IMG/VR virus record: IMGVR_UViG_3300046820_002180
Span: 95,821 to 159,820 of that record
DNA: 64,000 nt
Reading direction: 5' to 3' (one strand)
Origin: a virus
Taxonomy: Duplodnaviria; Heunggongvirae; Uroviricota; Caudoviricetes
Every line of letters begins with the position of its first letter. The first letter of the stretch is position 1. Positions 56,254 to 64,000 of the stretch are shown here, in pieces. The position numbers and the translations under genes were made by a program. A model generated the notes under the pieces. That model did no database searches and was not told the DNA's origin. It saw only the letters and a program-made list of their open reading frames with translations.

Positions 56254-56496
56254 ATGTTATTCAAATACACAATTAGTTTGGAGGTTGAGGTTGAATTTGA
56301 AGCACCATTGTTAGGTGCTGACAACACTAAACACAAAAGAAAATATGTGGGTTCAATAGCAAAGAAAACTCTACAAGAAATGGTAAGTCTTAATAGTACC
56401 TCATTAATTGTAGATAGAAACATCGAAGAGGATAATTTTAACGGAACAATTAAAGGTCACGTGCATTTAGGTAAATCAGAAAAGAACAAATATTAA
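56254..56496 (+). CDS. Hypothetical small protein
   Basis: 80-aa ORF directly downstream of the palindrome/TATAAT. Confidence 0.4.
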   Translation: MLFKYTISLEVEVEFEAPLLGADNTKHKRKYVGSIAKKTLQEMVSLNSTSLIVDRNIEEDNFNGTIKGHVHLGKSEKNKY

Positions 56497-57068
56497 TGGT
56501 AAAACTATACGTCACCAAGTCTGATATTAATAACGTTGTGAGTCAAAAGAATTTCACAAAGGATAATCGTATTGGTAAGATTGGTGAATATATGGCCGCA
56601 CAATATTTGATGGATTATAAAGGTTTAGAATTTGTAAGAGAATCAGAAGAGAAGGGTGATTTAAAAAAATGGGATTTAGAATTAAAATATAAATCAAAAC
56701 CATTTAAGTACGAAATCAAAACTGATGTTTATATTATACCGGGTAAGTGGTTTAAACCACAAGGATGGGACAGAGAGATATGGATTGAGGGAAAGGATAC
56801 TGGAAATATATTCATAGAGTTTCATAGTAGAGGAGTTGATTCAGGAATAACAACCACAACTGCAGATGTGTGGATGAATTTCTTTTTTCACTTGGATGAG
56901 TTATGGTCAATACCCGTAACAAAACTCAGAGAGATAATATCAAACAATGAGTTTCCAATATCAGAAGAATCGGGAGATATAAACAGTCACACGATGGGGT
57001 ATCTGATACCGAGAGAAAAATATAGAGAACATTTTAAAGTAATTAAGTACCAAAAAATAATAGTATGA
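56496..57068 (+). CDS. PD-(D/E)xK nuclease-fold protein (YraN/restriction-endonuclease-like)
   Basis: IGKIGEYMAAQYL...GLEFV...WDLEL...YEIKTD matches the G..GE..A..YL / D / E.K core of PD-(D/E)xK nucleases. Confidence 0.4.
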   Translation: MVKLYVTKSDINNVVSQKNFTKDNRIGKIGEYMAAQYLMDYKGLEFVRESEEKGDLKKWDLELKYKSKPFKYEIKTDVYIIPGKWFKPQGWDREIWIEGKDTGNIFIEFHSRGVDSGITTTTADVWMNFFFHLDELWSIPVTKLREIISNNEFPISEESGDINSHTMGYLIPREKYREHFKVIKYQKIIV

Positions 57069-57340
57069 AAACATTTAATGATTTGGTTTTTAACCCTCAC
57101 CCAATAAATAATGGGGTAGTTAGTCGTCTTTATTTTGGGAATGGGTATGGTGTATCAGTAGTTAAACACGACTACTCATATGGTAATGAAAAGGATTTGT
57201 ATGAGTTGGCGGTTGTTAGTGAGGAAACCGGAGAAATTCTATATGACACACCAATAACCGAAGATGTTGTTGGTTGGTTAAGACCAACAGACGTCACAGA
57301 TATAATGTCGATAGTTCAAAAATTCGATACAAGAAAATAA
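57065..57340 (+). CDS. Small protein, paralog of the 52167..52445 ORF
   Basis: See 52167; 91 aa. Confidence 0.45.
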   Translation: MKTFNDLVFNPHPINNGVVSRLYFGNGYGVSVVKHDYSYGNEKDLYELAVVSEETGEILYDTPITEDVVGWLRPTDVTDIMSIVQKFDTRK

Positions 57341-57648
57341 TGTCAAGAAAAAAATTACAAAGAATAATAAAAGAGTGGAATGAAGCCACTTCACTAGAGG
57401 TATGGGAAGGAGTTAGAGATAATTTTTTCTTTGGGTTTCTTGGTGCAACAATCGTAGTGTTTATATCCACAAGAACTGATTTGATGGTTATGGTTGGTTA
57501 CTTGAGTTATTACTATATGTTAGGTAGAATACAAAATAGACCAAGATATGTAACAAGTTTAGGTAAGTTAATTGTGTTCCCAATCCCATCAGCGCTTGGG
57601 GCATTTACAGGATATAAACTTTCATACTTAATTGAATCATTAATTTAA
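57340..57648 (+). CDS. Small membrane protein (start at internal Met MSRKK)
   Basis: Three hydrophobic segments; the upstream part of the listed ORF overlaps the previous gene. Confidence 0.35.
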   Translation: MSRKKLQRIIKEWNEATSLEVWEGVRDNFFFGFLGATIVVFISTRTDLMVMVGYLSYYYMLGRIQNRPRYVTSLGKLIVFPIPSALGAFTGYKLSYLIESLI

Positions 57649-57660
57649 ATAAACAAAAAT

Positions 57661-57888
57661 ATGAATCAGAATTTAATTAAAATGTTACAGACATCGGCGG
57701 AAGCGGATAAAGCGAAAGCATTACTATCATTAGACCTTTTAGGTAATAAAGGTGTTGGTATTGGTGACCACACAACAAAAGACTTCTACAATAATGCGGA
57801 AGATGCTCTTAAAATGTTGATTGACGCCGATGATAGATTAGAGGCAATTGAAAAATATTTCACATCAACCGATAAAAGTGATAGATAA
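57661..57888 (+). CDS. Hypothetical small protein
   Basis: 75-aa ORF. Confidence 0.4.
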   Translation: MNQNLIKMLQTSAEADKAKALLSLDLLGNKGVGIGDHTTKDFYNNAEDALKMLIDADDRLEAIEKYFTSTDKSDR

Positions 57889-58522
57889 TATCGAAAAAAT
57901 TAAGCAGTTATTAAATTTCTCCGAAGTCGGAGATTTTTATATGCTTTATGTTTTCAAACGCAAGAAGGACCAACCTGAAGGTGAGAAAGATAATCATCAG
58001 TCAGTCAGGACAATAAAGACATATTGTGTTGATAGTATCTCATATCTCGATATGAGATATGATGAGATAAAACAACTATGTGAGGTGTTTAAGGCAAGAG
58101 CATACATTCATATTCAAAAACAAAATCACAAAGATGTTTCATTGGATATGTTAGCAACCTTAGCTGAAAGAATTAAGAACGGAGTACAAAATCAAAAAGG
58201 ATTATTTGATTCCGTTGTTGGTCAATTAAAAACACAAGAGAAGAGATGGATTGTTGATATTGATAATCCACAAGTCTCACCACTAATGGTTGCTCATATT
58301 GAATATGGTTGTGAACCAATTACTGTTGTTGAATATGACGAGGTAGGAATACCGGTTGGGTATAAGGTTGGACCGAAAGTAGAATCGATTATCCCAACAA
58401 AAAACGGACATCATTTAATCACCAAAAAATTTGATGTTATGAAATTCAAACAAGAGTACCCTGATGTTGACATTCAAAAAAAGAATCCAACTTTATTATA
58501 TTACCCAAACAGTTTAAATTAA
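57848..58522 (+). CDS. Hypothetical protein (true start may be the internal Met near 57942)
   Basis: 224-aa ORF overlapping the end of the previous ORF. Confidence 0.4.
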   Translation: MKNISHQPIKVIDNIEKIKQLLNFSEVGDFYMLYVFKRKKDQPEGEKDNHQSVRTIKTYCVDSISYLDMRYDEIKQLCEVFKARAYIHIQKQNHKDVSLDMLATLAERIKNGVQNQKGLFDSVVGQLKTQEKRWIVDIDNPQVSPLMVAHIEYGCEPITVVEYDEVGIPVGYKVGPKVESIIPTKNGHHLITKKFDVMKFKQEYPDVDIQKKNPTLLYYPNSLN

Positions 58523-58704
58523 AAAATTATGAAAAAGTTCAGTATAAGCGAAATGCTTATTTTAATCGTATGTGTAGTTTGTATTTTCGTGAGTGAATAC
58601 ATTTACTTAGTACAAAACAATCCATTGAAAGCTATTTTTATTGGATTATGGCCACCAACAATTTTAGGGTTGTTGAATTTTGTAAACATTAAAAGAAAAT
58701 AAAA

Positions 58705-59073
58705 ATGGAGAATTTAGATATTATAATTCTAACAACTGTTGTGTCTACCCTATTTTTAGTATTCGGTATTCTTGTGTACAAAGAATTTTCTAACGTAGAA
58801 AAGAACGGTTGGAAATATGACCCGAATGCTAAGAAGTATGGTAGAGAAGCTTTATTTGTTATTATGCAAAGGTTGTTTGATGAACAATCTATTCCTAAAA
58901 AAGAAAAGAAAATAATTTATAAATCGGTTAATAGAACTATAGCTGATATGGAATCTGACGGTATGTATTTTCCCGAAGAGATTAAGGAAAAATTAAAAGA
59001 GTACAGAGAAGAATTTCATTGTGAATATAGTGGATTACCATCACCAAAAGCATATGAACAAGTTAATAATTAA
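58705..59073 (+). CDS. Single-pass membrane protein
   Basis: N-terminal transmembrane segment IIILTTVVSTLFLVFGILVY. Confidence 0.4.
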   Translation: MENLDIIILTTVVSTLFLVFGILVYKEFSNVEKNGWKYDPNAKKYGREALFVIMQRLFDEQSIPKKEKKIIYKSVNRTIADMESDGMYFPEEIKEKLKEYREEFHCEYSGLPSPKAYEQVNN

Positions 59074-59472
59074 ATTTAAAAAAATCCTTCAAGAAATCTT
59101 GTTGGGTTTTAAAATTGCCGAAGAAAATAGGCACAAATCCCAATGGGGTAAGTGGTAAGAAATATGAAAAGATTATTCGCAACCTTTATTCAATATCGTT
59201 TCACCGACGTAGTGAATGGTAGACGAGTTAATTTATATCGATGTAAAGACGGTAGTTATTTTCTCGCACATTCAAAATTTGATTCATTATTTTTTTATGT
59301 AACATTATGAGATTAGATATAGAATTACTTTCAATGGATATCCACAGAGTGGGTAGAAGCTGGATTTCTTTTTTAGAAATCAATTACGGAAATCCTTTAT
59401 TCTACATTGAATGGGGACAAAAAAACAAAATACAAATTAGTTTTTTATTTGGATTAATTAAAAATTACTAAG

Positions 59473-59658
59473 ATGAAGAAATTAATTTGTAAAATATTCG
59501 GACACAAGTACACTTATAATTTTGGGTGGGCACCTAATCGTTGTAAGTGTAATAGATGTGGTATGAGTTGGAAAAGTGTAAAGAACCCAAACTACATTCC
59601 AAATAAAACATCCCCATTTGACGAACCGATAGAAATTTGGGTAGAAGATGGTAAGTGA
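59473..59658 (+). CDS. Small Cys-rich protein
   Basis: CKIFGH...CKCNRCGMSW. Confidence 0.35.
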   Translation: MKKLICKIFGHKYTYNFGWAPNRCKCNRCGMSWKSVKNPNYIPNKTSPFDEPIEIWVEDGK

Positions 59659-59878
59659 ATTTAAATTCTTCCAAAAAAACAAGTATAAAGATAGGTGTCG
59701 ATTAGGTGTCGGTTCATCTTTTATTTTCAAAGGAGATTATTGTACAGTAATCAATATGTTATATAATGGTTTTGGATATCGTAATCAATCACAACCAACT
59801 GTAGAATCATATATGACCTATCAATATTATTTACAAACCCCGTCTGCAGCTGGTAGACAATTAAATCGAAGATTATGA
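59648..59878 (+). CDS. FKFF-motif small protein family member
   Basis: N-terminal MVSEFKFFQK; central YCTVINMLYNGF. Confidence 0.45.
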   Translation: MVSEFKFFQKNKYKDRCRLGVGSSFIFKGDYCTVINMLYNGFGYRNQSQPTVESYMTYQYYLQTPSAAGRQLNRRL

Positions 59879-60012
59879 TAAAAAAGTTTATCAATTTATT
59901 AAGTGGTAGTTTCTGCAGAATATGTGGCAGACACTGCGGTTCAATTGGTAGTGGTGAATCAATCAATGGTATGTGTGAAAGATGTTATGAGAATGGTGGG
60001 GATGATGAGTAA
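59875..60012 (+). CDS. 45-aa zinc-ribbon-like ORF (MIKKFINLLSGSFCRICGRHCGS...MCERCYENGGDDE)
   Basis: CxxC...CxxC spacing; ATGA overlap with upstream stop; below the track cutoff. Confidence 0.25.
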   Translation: MIKKFINLLSGSFCRICGRHCGSIGSGESINGMCERCYENGGDDE

Positions 60013-60066
60013 ACTAAAAGTTTTGTAGTTTTTATTATAATATTTTTTTAGTATATTTTATATACG

Positions 60067-60351
60067 ATGAAAAAAATTATTTTATTACTAATGTTATTGG
60101 GAGTGATAACATCAGAAGCTAAACCTAAGTATCGTATCGAAACGTGGGTATATAATGGAACAACATATTATTTACCACAACAAAAAATATGGTACAGAAC
60201 AAATTACTTTCCCTTACCTTTCAAGATATGGAGTTCAGGAGCGTACCCCTTTCAACATAAAGAACAGGCTATGGGTATCATTCAGAACTGGAAAGATTCG
60301 CACCAAGAAAGAATAGATTTTAAAAGGTCAAAATATTATTTGGTGGATTGA
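60067..60351 (+). CDS. Secreted small protein (signal peptide)
   Basis: N-terminal MKKIILLLMLLGVITSEA signal-peptide-like sequence. Confidence 0.45.
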   Translation: MKKIILLLMLLGVITSEAKPKYRIETWVYNGTTYYLPQQKIWYRTNYFPLPFKIWSSGAYPFQHKEQAMGIIQNWKDSHQERIDFKRSKYYLVD

Positions 60352-60515
60352 TGAGAAATAGACAAGATGAGTTAATTTTGAGGGTTGAGAAACTTGAGAG
60401 AAGGTTGAGGGAATTGGAGGATAGGTTGAGGGATGATACAACTAGGTCAAGAGTTGCCGAACTTGAGAGGAGAGTAAGTAGAGCAATCGAACAAAAAAAT
60501 GTTACCGCAGAATAA
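60351..60515 (+). CDS. 54-aa coiled-coil ORF (MRNRQDELILRVEKLERRLRELEDRLRDD...)
   Basis: ATGA overlap with upstream stop; heptad-like RLR/LE repeats; below the track cutoff. Confidence 0.25.
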   Translation: MRNRQDELILRVEKLERRLRELEDRLRDDTTRSRVAELERRVSRAIEQKNVTAE

Positions 60516-60521
60516 TAGTTT

Positions 60522-60950
60522 ATGATTAAACCGTTCAAATTTTTTAAGGGTTATGTTTATAGTGATGAGTACACCTTTCAGGACACCCCTGAGGGTCATA
60601 TGAGTAGAAGAATGTTATATCACACAAACCGTGGTCAATATGATAGACTTCGTCACCCAAACAATGAGATGGAACGATACTTTTACGATAGGAACTTACG
60701 TCACGATAGATTAACGGAGGAGAGACGAGCGGATGTTACAAGATGGATTAATGAAGGAAGAGATTTAAATGATAACCCAATAAAATTATTCCAAACAACA
60801 ACGGTAACAAAAGTAAATCCGAAGTGGTGGATGAAGATTAAAATAGTTCTTCAAGAAAGTTGGTTATATGACCCAATTGGTGTGGTTGTTGTGAGTGCAT
60901 TGACAACCATTGTTACAATTATCGGAATTGCTAAATTGTTAGGAGCTTAA
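60522..60950 (+). CDS. FKFF-motif family member with C-terminal transmembrane segment
   Basis: N-terminal MIKPFKFFKG; C-terminal IGVVVVSALTTIVTIIGIAKLLGA. Confidence 0.45.
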   Translation: MIKPFKFFKGYVYSDEYTFQDTPEGHMSRRMLYHTNRGQYDRLRHPNNEMERYFYDRNLRHDRLTEERRADVTRWINEGRDLNDNPIKLFQTTTVTKVNPKWWMKIKIVLQESWLYDPIGVVVVSALTTIVTIIGIAKLLGA

Positions 60951-60959
60951 AATATTTTT

Positions 60960-61226
60960 ATGTCAAAGGCAAGAAAAGTTTCTTTATCTAAATCAATAAC
61001 GAATATCTTAGATGAAATGTCATTGGAATTAAGAATTCATACATCGTGTTGGTTTGCGTTAAATGATATGATTCACGATTCAGGTGCAAGAAAAGAATCA
61101 ATGTGGGATGAAACTAATCCAAGAGATGTTGAGTTGATGAAACTTTTAAGTGATAGAACCACAGAATTAACAGAAAGGATTTTGAACGATATTAAACAAT
61201 GGGAAGAAAACGGTAAACCTGAATAA
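60960..61226 (+). CDS. Hypothetical small protein
   Basis: 88-aa ORF. Confidence 0.4.
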   Translation: MSKARKVSLSKSITNILDEMSLELRIHTSCWFALNDMIHDSGARKESMWDETNPRDVELMKLLSDRTTELTERILNDIKQWEENGKPE

Positions 61227-61227
61227 G

Positions 61228-61554
61228 ATGTTAGAATTCAAATTCTTTAATAAAGCAATTGTTAAAGCTCACGATGGTGGATTGATTTATTGTGATGAAT
61301 TTTTTTATACGGTGAATAAAGAAGATATGATATCACCTCGGTTCAATAAAAAAATACCAAAGTATACTATTGTGACAAGATACATTCATAATAAATTTAA
61401 AAATAAGTTTAAACCTGACCACGAAGCGTTATGGTATTTTAGGTCCAAGGAAAACGCTTATTGGTTAATTGAACATTGGAAAAGACAAGACGAAATTGAG
61501 ATTGGAAAAAAATTTCATACCATTGCTGACCACACAATAACATTTAATCGATGA
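61228..61554 (+). CDS. FKFF-motif small protein family member
   Basis: N-terminal MLEFKFFNK; central YTIVTRYIHNKF. Confidence 0.45.
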   Translation: MLEFKFFNKAIVKAHDGGLIYCDEFFYTVNKEDMISPRFNKKIPKYTIVTRYIHNKFKNKFKPDHEALWYFRSKENAYWLIEHWKRQDEIEIGKKFHTIADHTITFNR

Positions 61555-62018
61555 ACATATTCTATTTGGATAAGAACCCCACAAGATGTGCAAGATACCA
61601 CAATGACAAACACGTTGTTAAGATGATACTTGAAACCGCACAACTATTGTGTGGTGTACATTGGGTAACCGGTTCGGAAGCACCATACAAACTATCTCAT
61701 AAGAATCATCCTTGTGCAATATGGACAAGAACCAACACAGAAAACTACAGATGGTTATGTATGTTGGGTATTCAACTATGTTGGGAGTATAAGCGTAGAT
61801 ATCTTAAAACACACAAATCATATGATATCATTCTATGGTGTTGTGATAACCCACCAAACATACCAGAAGGTAAGTTTACCGAACCACCACTAGCGATGCC
61901 TAATGAGTACAAAGAAATGTGTCACGTCCAATCCTACAGAAACTACTACAACTTTGCCAAGAGTTCATTTTCAAAGTGGAAGAATGGTGAGATTCCTGAA
62001 TGGTTTATTCCAATGTAA
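61551..62018 (+). CDS. Hypothetical protein
   Basis: 155-aa ORF; ATGA overlap. Confidence 0.4.
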   Translation: MNIFYLDKNPTRCARYHNDKHVVKMILETAQLLCGVHWVTGSEAPYKLSHKNHPCAIWTRTNTENYRWLCMLGIQLCWEYKRRYLKTHKSYDIILWCCDNPPNIPEGKFTEPPLAMPNEYKEMCHVQSYRNYYNFAKSSFSKWKNGEIPEWFIPM

Positions 62019-62509
62019 CAACTATGATAATAATTGATAACTTTTTGGAGGAGCCCGATAGGATTAGGGAAGATGCTCTTGAACTAACCTTTACCAAGGC
62101 ACAACCTGATTCAACCGGTTGGAAGGGATTTAGATGTCTATACACCAATATGCCGGGTGATGAGTTAACCGAATTGTTGCAGAATAAATTGGTTGAGTTG
62201 GGTTTCACTGACCCGTTTCTAAGATGTTACTTTCATTATACATTGAATGAGGATATGTCGAATACCATTCACACAGATGGGGTATTTGATTTCGCAGGTG
62301 TTCTATACCTAACACCAAACCCACCACCAAATTCAGGAACTGCATTTTATAATGACAATGATGAGGAGATAGATTACGTGGAGAATGTATATAATAGACT
62401 AACAATCTACCCATCAAATATACCACATTCAATAAAGGAATCATTCGGGGATAACATAACCAATGGAAGATTGGTCTACACCATATTTTTTAAAATAAAC
62501 TATAAATAA
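62000..62509 (+). CDS. 2OG-Fe(II) oxygenase-like protein
   Basis: IHTD (HxD), distal PHS His, GTAFYNDN. Confidence 0.4.
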   Translation: MVYSNVTTMIIIDNFLEEPDRIREDALELTFTKAQPDSTGWKGFRCLYTNMPGDELTELLQNKLVELGFTDPFLRCYFHYTLNEDMSNTIHTDGVFDFAGVLYLTPNPPPNSGTAFYNDNDEEIDYVENVYNRLTIYPSNIPHSIKESFGDNITNGRLVYTIFFKINYK

Positions 62510-62695
62510 ATGTCACAAAATACATTTAGAAAAACAATCATAGACAAACGTCTTGAAGAATTATCTGATAAGGTAAGAAGAGGAACACCAATCTCAATGA
62601 GTGAGGCGATTGAAGTGGTAGAATATCAAGAGATGTTAAAGAAAAACAAAATTACTTTAAAAGATAAGATTATTAATTTTTTTAAAATCAAATAA
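62510..62695 (+). CDS. Hypothetical small protein
   Basis: 61-aa ORF. Confidence 0.35.
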   Translation: MSQNTFRKTIIDKRLEELSDKVRRGTPISMSEAIEVVEYQEMLKKNKITLKDKIINFFKIK

Positions 62696-62696
62696 T

Positions 62697-63008
62697 ATGA
62701 AACTAGGAGAGTTTATCAAACAGTTCAGTCATAACAATATTGTTAGATTGGTACACAAAGATAAGGGTGGACATAAATGTGTGTTAGGGGATTGGAATGA
62801 TGTGTCAATGGACCACGAGATTCTAAAAGGTAAAGGTAAAAACCGTCACTACATTAACAATGAAGTATTGGGACTTACTGGTATATACTTTCAATCATAT
62901 AGTTGTAACTATCCTGAAGCAATCAACATTGTTATTGAGGAGTTGGAGAACCAACCAATGATTGACGAGACTGTAGATGAAACTGTTTACGAAGCCGAAG
63001 CAAATTAA
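62697..63008 (+). CDS. Hypothetical small protein
   Basis: 103-aa ORF. Confidence 0.4.
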   Translation: MKLGEFIKQFSHNNIVRLVHKDKGGHKCVLGDWNDVSMDHEILKGKGKNRHYINNEVLGLTGIYFQSYSCNYPEAINIVIEELENQPMIDETVDETVYEAEAN

Positions 63009-63014
63009 AATAAT

Positions 63015-63200
63015 ATGAAAAATTATATTAAAAGATTAAATTGGTCCGGATTTGTTCTTGTGTTAGCATTAACAGGTGCGGCATCATTTTCAAGAGACCA
63101 AGACCCATCATTACTTGTAAGTTTTTATGTGTGGATGATATTAGGGTTACCAATTTCTTTATTGGTTCTTTTTATCGGGATTAAACCAAAAGATAATTAA
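63015..63200 (+). CDS. Small membrane protein
   Basis: Two hydrophobic segments. Confidence 0.35.
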   Translation: MKNYIKRLNWSGFVLVLALTGAASFSRDQDPSLLVSFYVWMILGLPISLLVLFIGIKPKDN

Positions 63201-63207
63201 GTGCCAA

Positions 63208-63573
63208 ATGAAACCATTTAAGTTCTTTCAAAAGGATATAAAGAAAAGATGGTATTTGAGGAGTGACTACCTCGGTCAATTACAATGGATGTATAGACCG
63301 GTGGGTGTAGTATTCTATATGGAAAATAGATGGGATGGAAATTTTTATACCGAGGAAATGAAAACAATGACGGTGATAGTTACAAATAGATACATCAACT
63401 CATACAATCAATTTATGGAAATGAATAGAGATAAGATTATATTCGCATATGAATTTGTGGACAACACAAACATAGCTAATATGATACATTACAACGAAGA
63501 TAATTTTGATGATATGCCAAGGGACAGACCACTAATATTCAGAGGAGTAATAAGAGGTAATGAAAACATTTAA
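63208..63573 (+). CDS. FKFF-motif small protein family member
   Basis: N-terminal MKPFKFFQK; central TVIVTNRYINSYNQF. Confidence 0.45.
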   Translation: MKPFKFFQKDIKKRWYLRSDYLGQLQWMYRPVGVVFYMENRWDGNFYTEEMKTMTVIVTNRYINSYNQFMEMNRDKIIFAYEFVDNTNIANMIHYNEDNFDDMPRDRPLIFRGVIRGNENI

Positions 63574-63982
63574 GTTCTTTCAGAAAGAAGATTATTTTAT
63601 TCCGAGAGCAAGAAGAGGTGCGGGGAGAACCATCACTCAAGACCTTGTACCAATTCAACCATTGGTTCCAAGAACAAGGGAATGTGCGGTAATTGCAACA
63701 TCCATACAGGATTTTAATCATTGGAGAAATGGACTATTTGATAGGAGTCACGCTTTTATTGTAACCAATAGAGATTTCCTACATACCAATGGAGTTAGTG
63801 GTATTCCCACGAGATACAGAGCAATAACACGGATTGATGATTGTTATGGACTCACTTTTGATGATTATATAACAACGGATAGAATCCACGATATATTATC
63901 AAGCGGATATAATGAAACTATAGACCATATTCACCAACTAGTTGATGAGGTTAACTTACACACAAGAAATGATACCATTTAA
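63560..63982 (+). CDS. FKFF-motif small protein family member
   Basis: N-terminal MKTFKFFQK; central AFIVTNRDFLHTNGV. Confidence 0.45.
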   Translation: MKTFKFFQKEDYFIPRARRGAGRTITQDLVPIQPLVPRTRECAVIATSIQDFNHWRNGLFDRSHAFIVTNRDFLHTNGVSGIPTRYRAITRIDDCYGLTFDDYITTDRIHDILSSGYNETIDHIHQLVDEVNLHTRNDTI

Positions 63983-64000
63983 AAATAGGAAGGAAAGAAT

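Noticed and set aside
60371-60430. Short direct repeats GGTTGAGGGA x3
   Set aside because: They lie inside the 54-aa coiled-coil ORF and simply encode its RLR/LE heptad repeats; not a CRISPR or regulatory repeat.
1-64000. CRISPR arrays, rRNA/tRNA genes, integrase/transposase/IS elements
   Set aside because: No regularly spaced repeats, no rRNA-like or clover-leaf candidates seen by eye in the few intergenic gaps, and no recombinase/transposase motifs among the ORFs. tRNAs cannot be fully excluded without a covariance-model scan.

Overview
AT-rich, densely packed window, almost entirely + strand, that reads as part of a large tailed dsDNA phage genome with many starts overlapping the upstream stop. 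Supported calls: a 1612-aa serine/threonine-repeat tail fibre with a C-terminal S74-type intramolecular chaperone domain (9867-14705), a multidomain peptidoglycan hydrolase, thymidylate synthase ThyA, a Dcm-type C5 cytosine methyltransferase plus a second DPPF-motif DNA MTase, a DnaQ-like exonuclease, RmlC, an SPFH/band-7 protein, a 2x[4Fe-4S] ferredoxin, a SpeH-like AdoMet decarboxylase, a HAD phosphatase and a split kinase/phosphoesterase/Rnl1-like ligase RNA-repair set. One inverted minus-strand island (16.9-23.8 kb) carries four GT2/GT4 glycosyltransferases plus an NAD-dependent sugar epimerase and is bracketed by hairpin terminators. Findings worth a second look: (1) a tightly translationally coupled operon at 0.1-9.8 kb encoding a Trp-halogenase-like enzyme, three prolyl-4-hydroxylase-like 2OG-Fe(II) oxygenases, two sulfotransferase-like proteins and two SGNH esterases around a 496-aa protein whose C-terminus looks like a Hint/intein-like domain ending in HN followed by a 29-residue Cys/Trp/Pro/Tyr-rich tail, which I read as a possible self-released, heavily modified peptide system; (2) an 8-member SGNH/GDSL hydrolase paralog family including a 4-gene tandem array; (3) a 7-member small-protein family with an invariant N-terminal FKFF motif; (4) three tandem paralogs directly after the tail fibre; (5) a recurring palindrome TTTGGAATATTCCAAA in three intergenic regions; (6) consensus sigma70-like promoters placed for leaderless translation. 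All functional calls are by eye from motifs; nothing was searched against a database.
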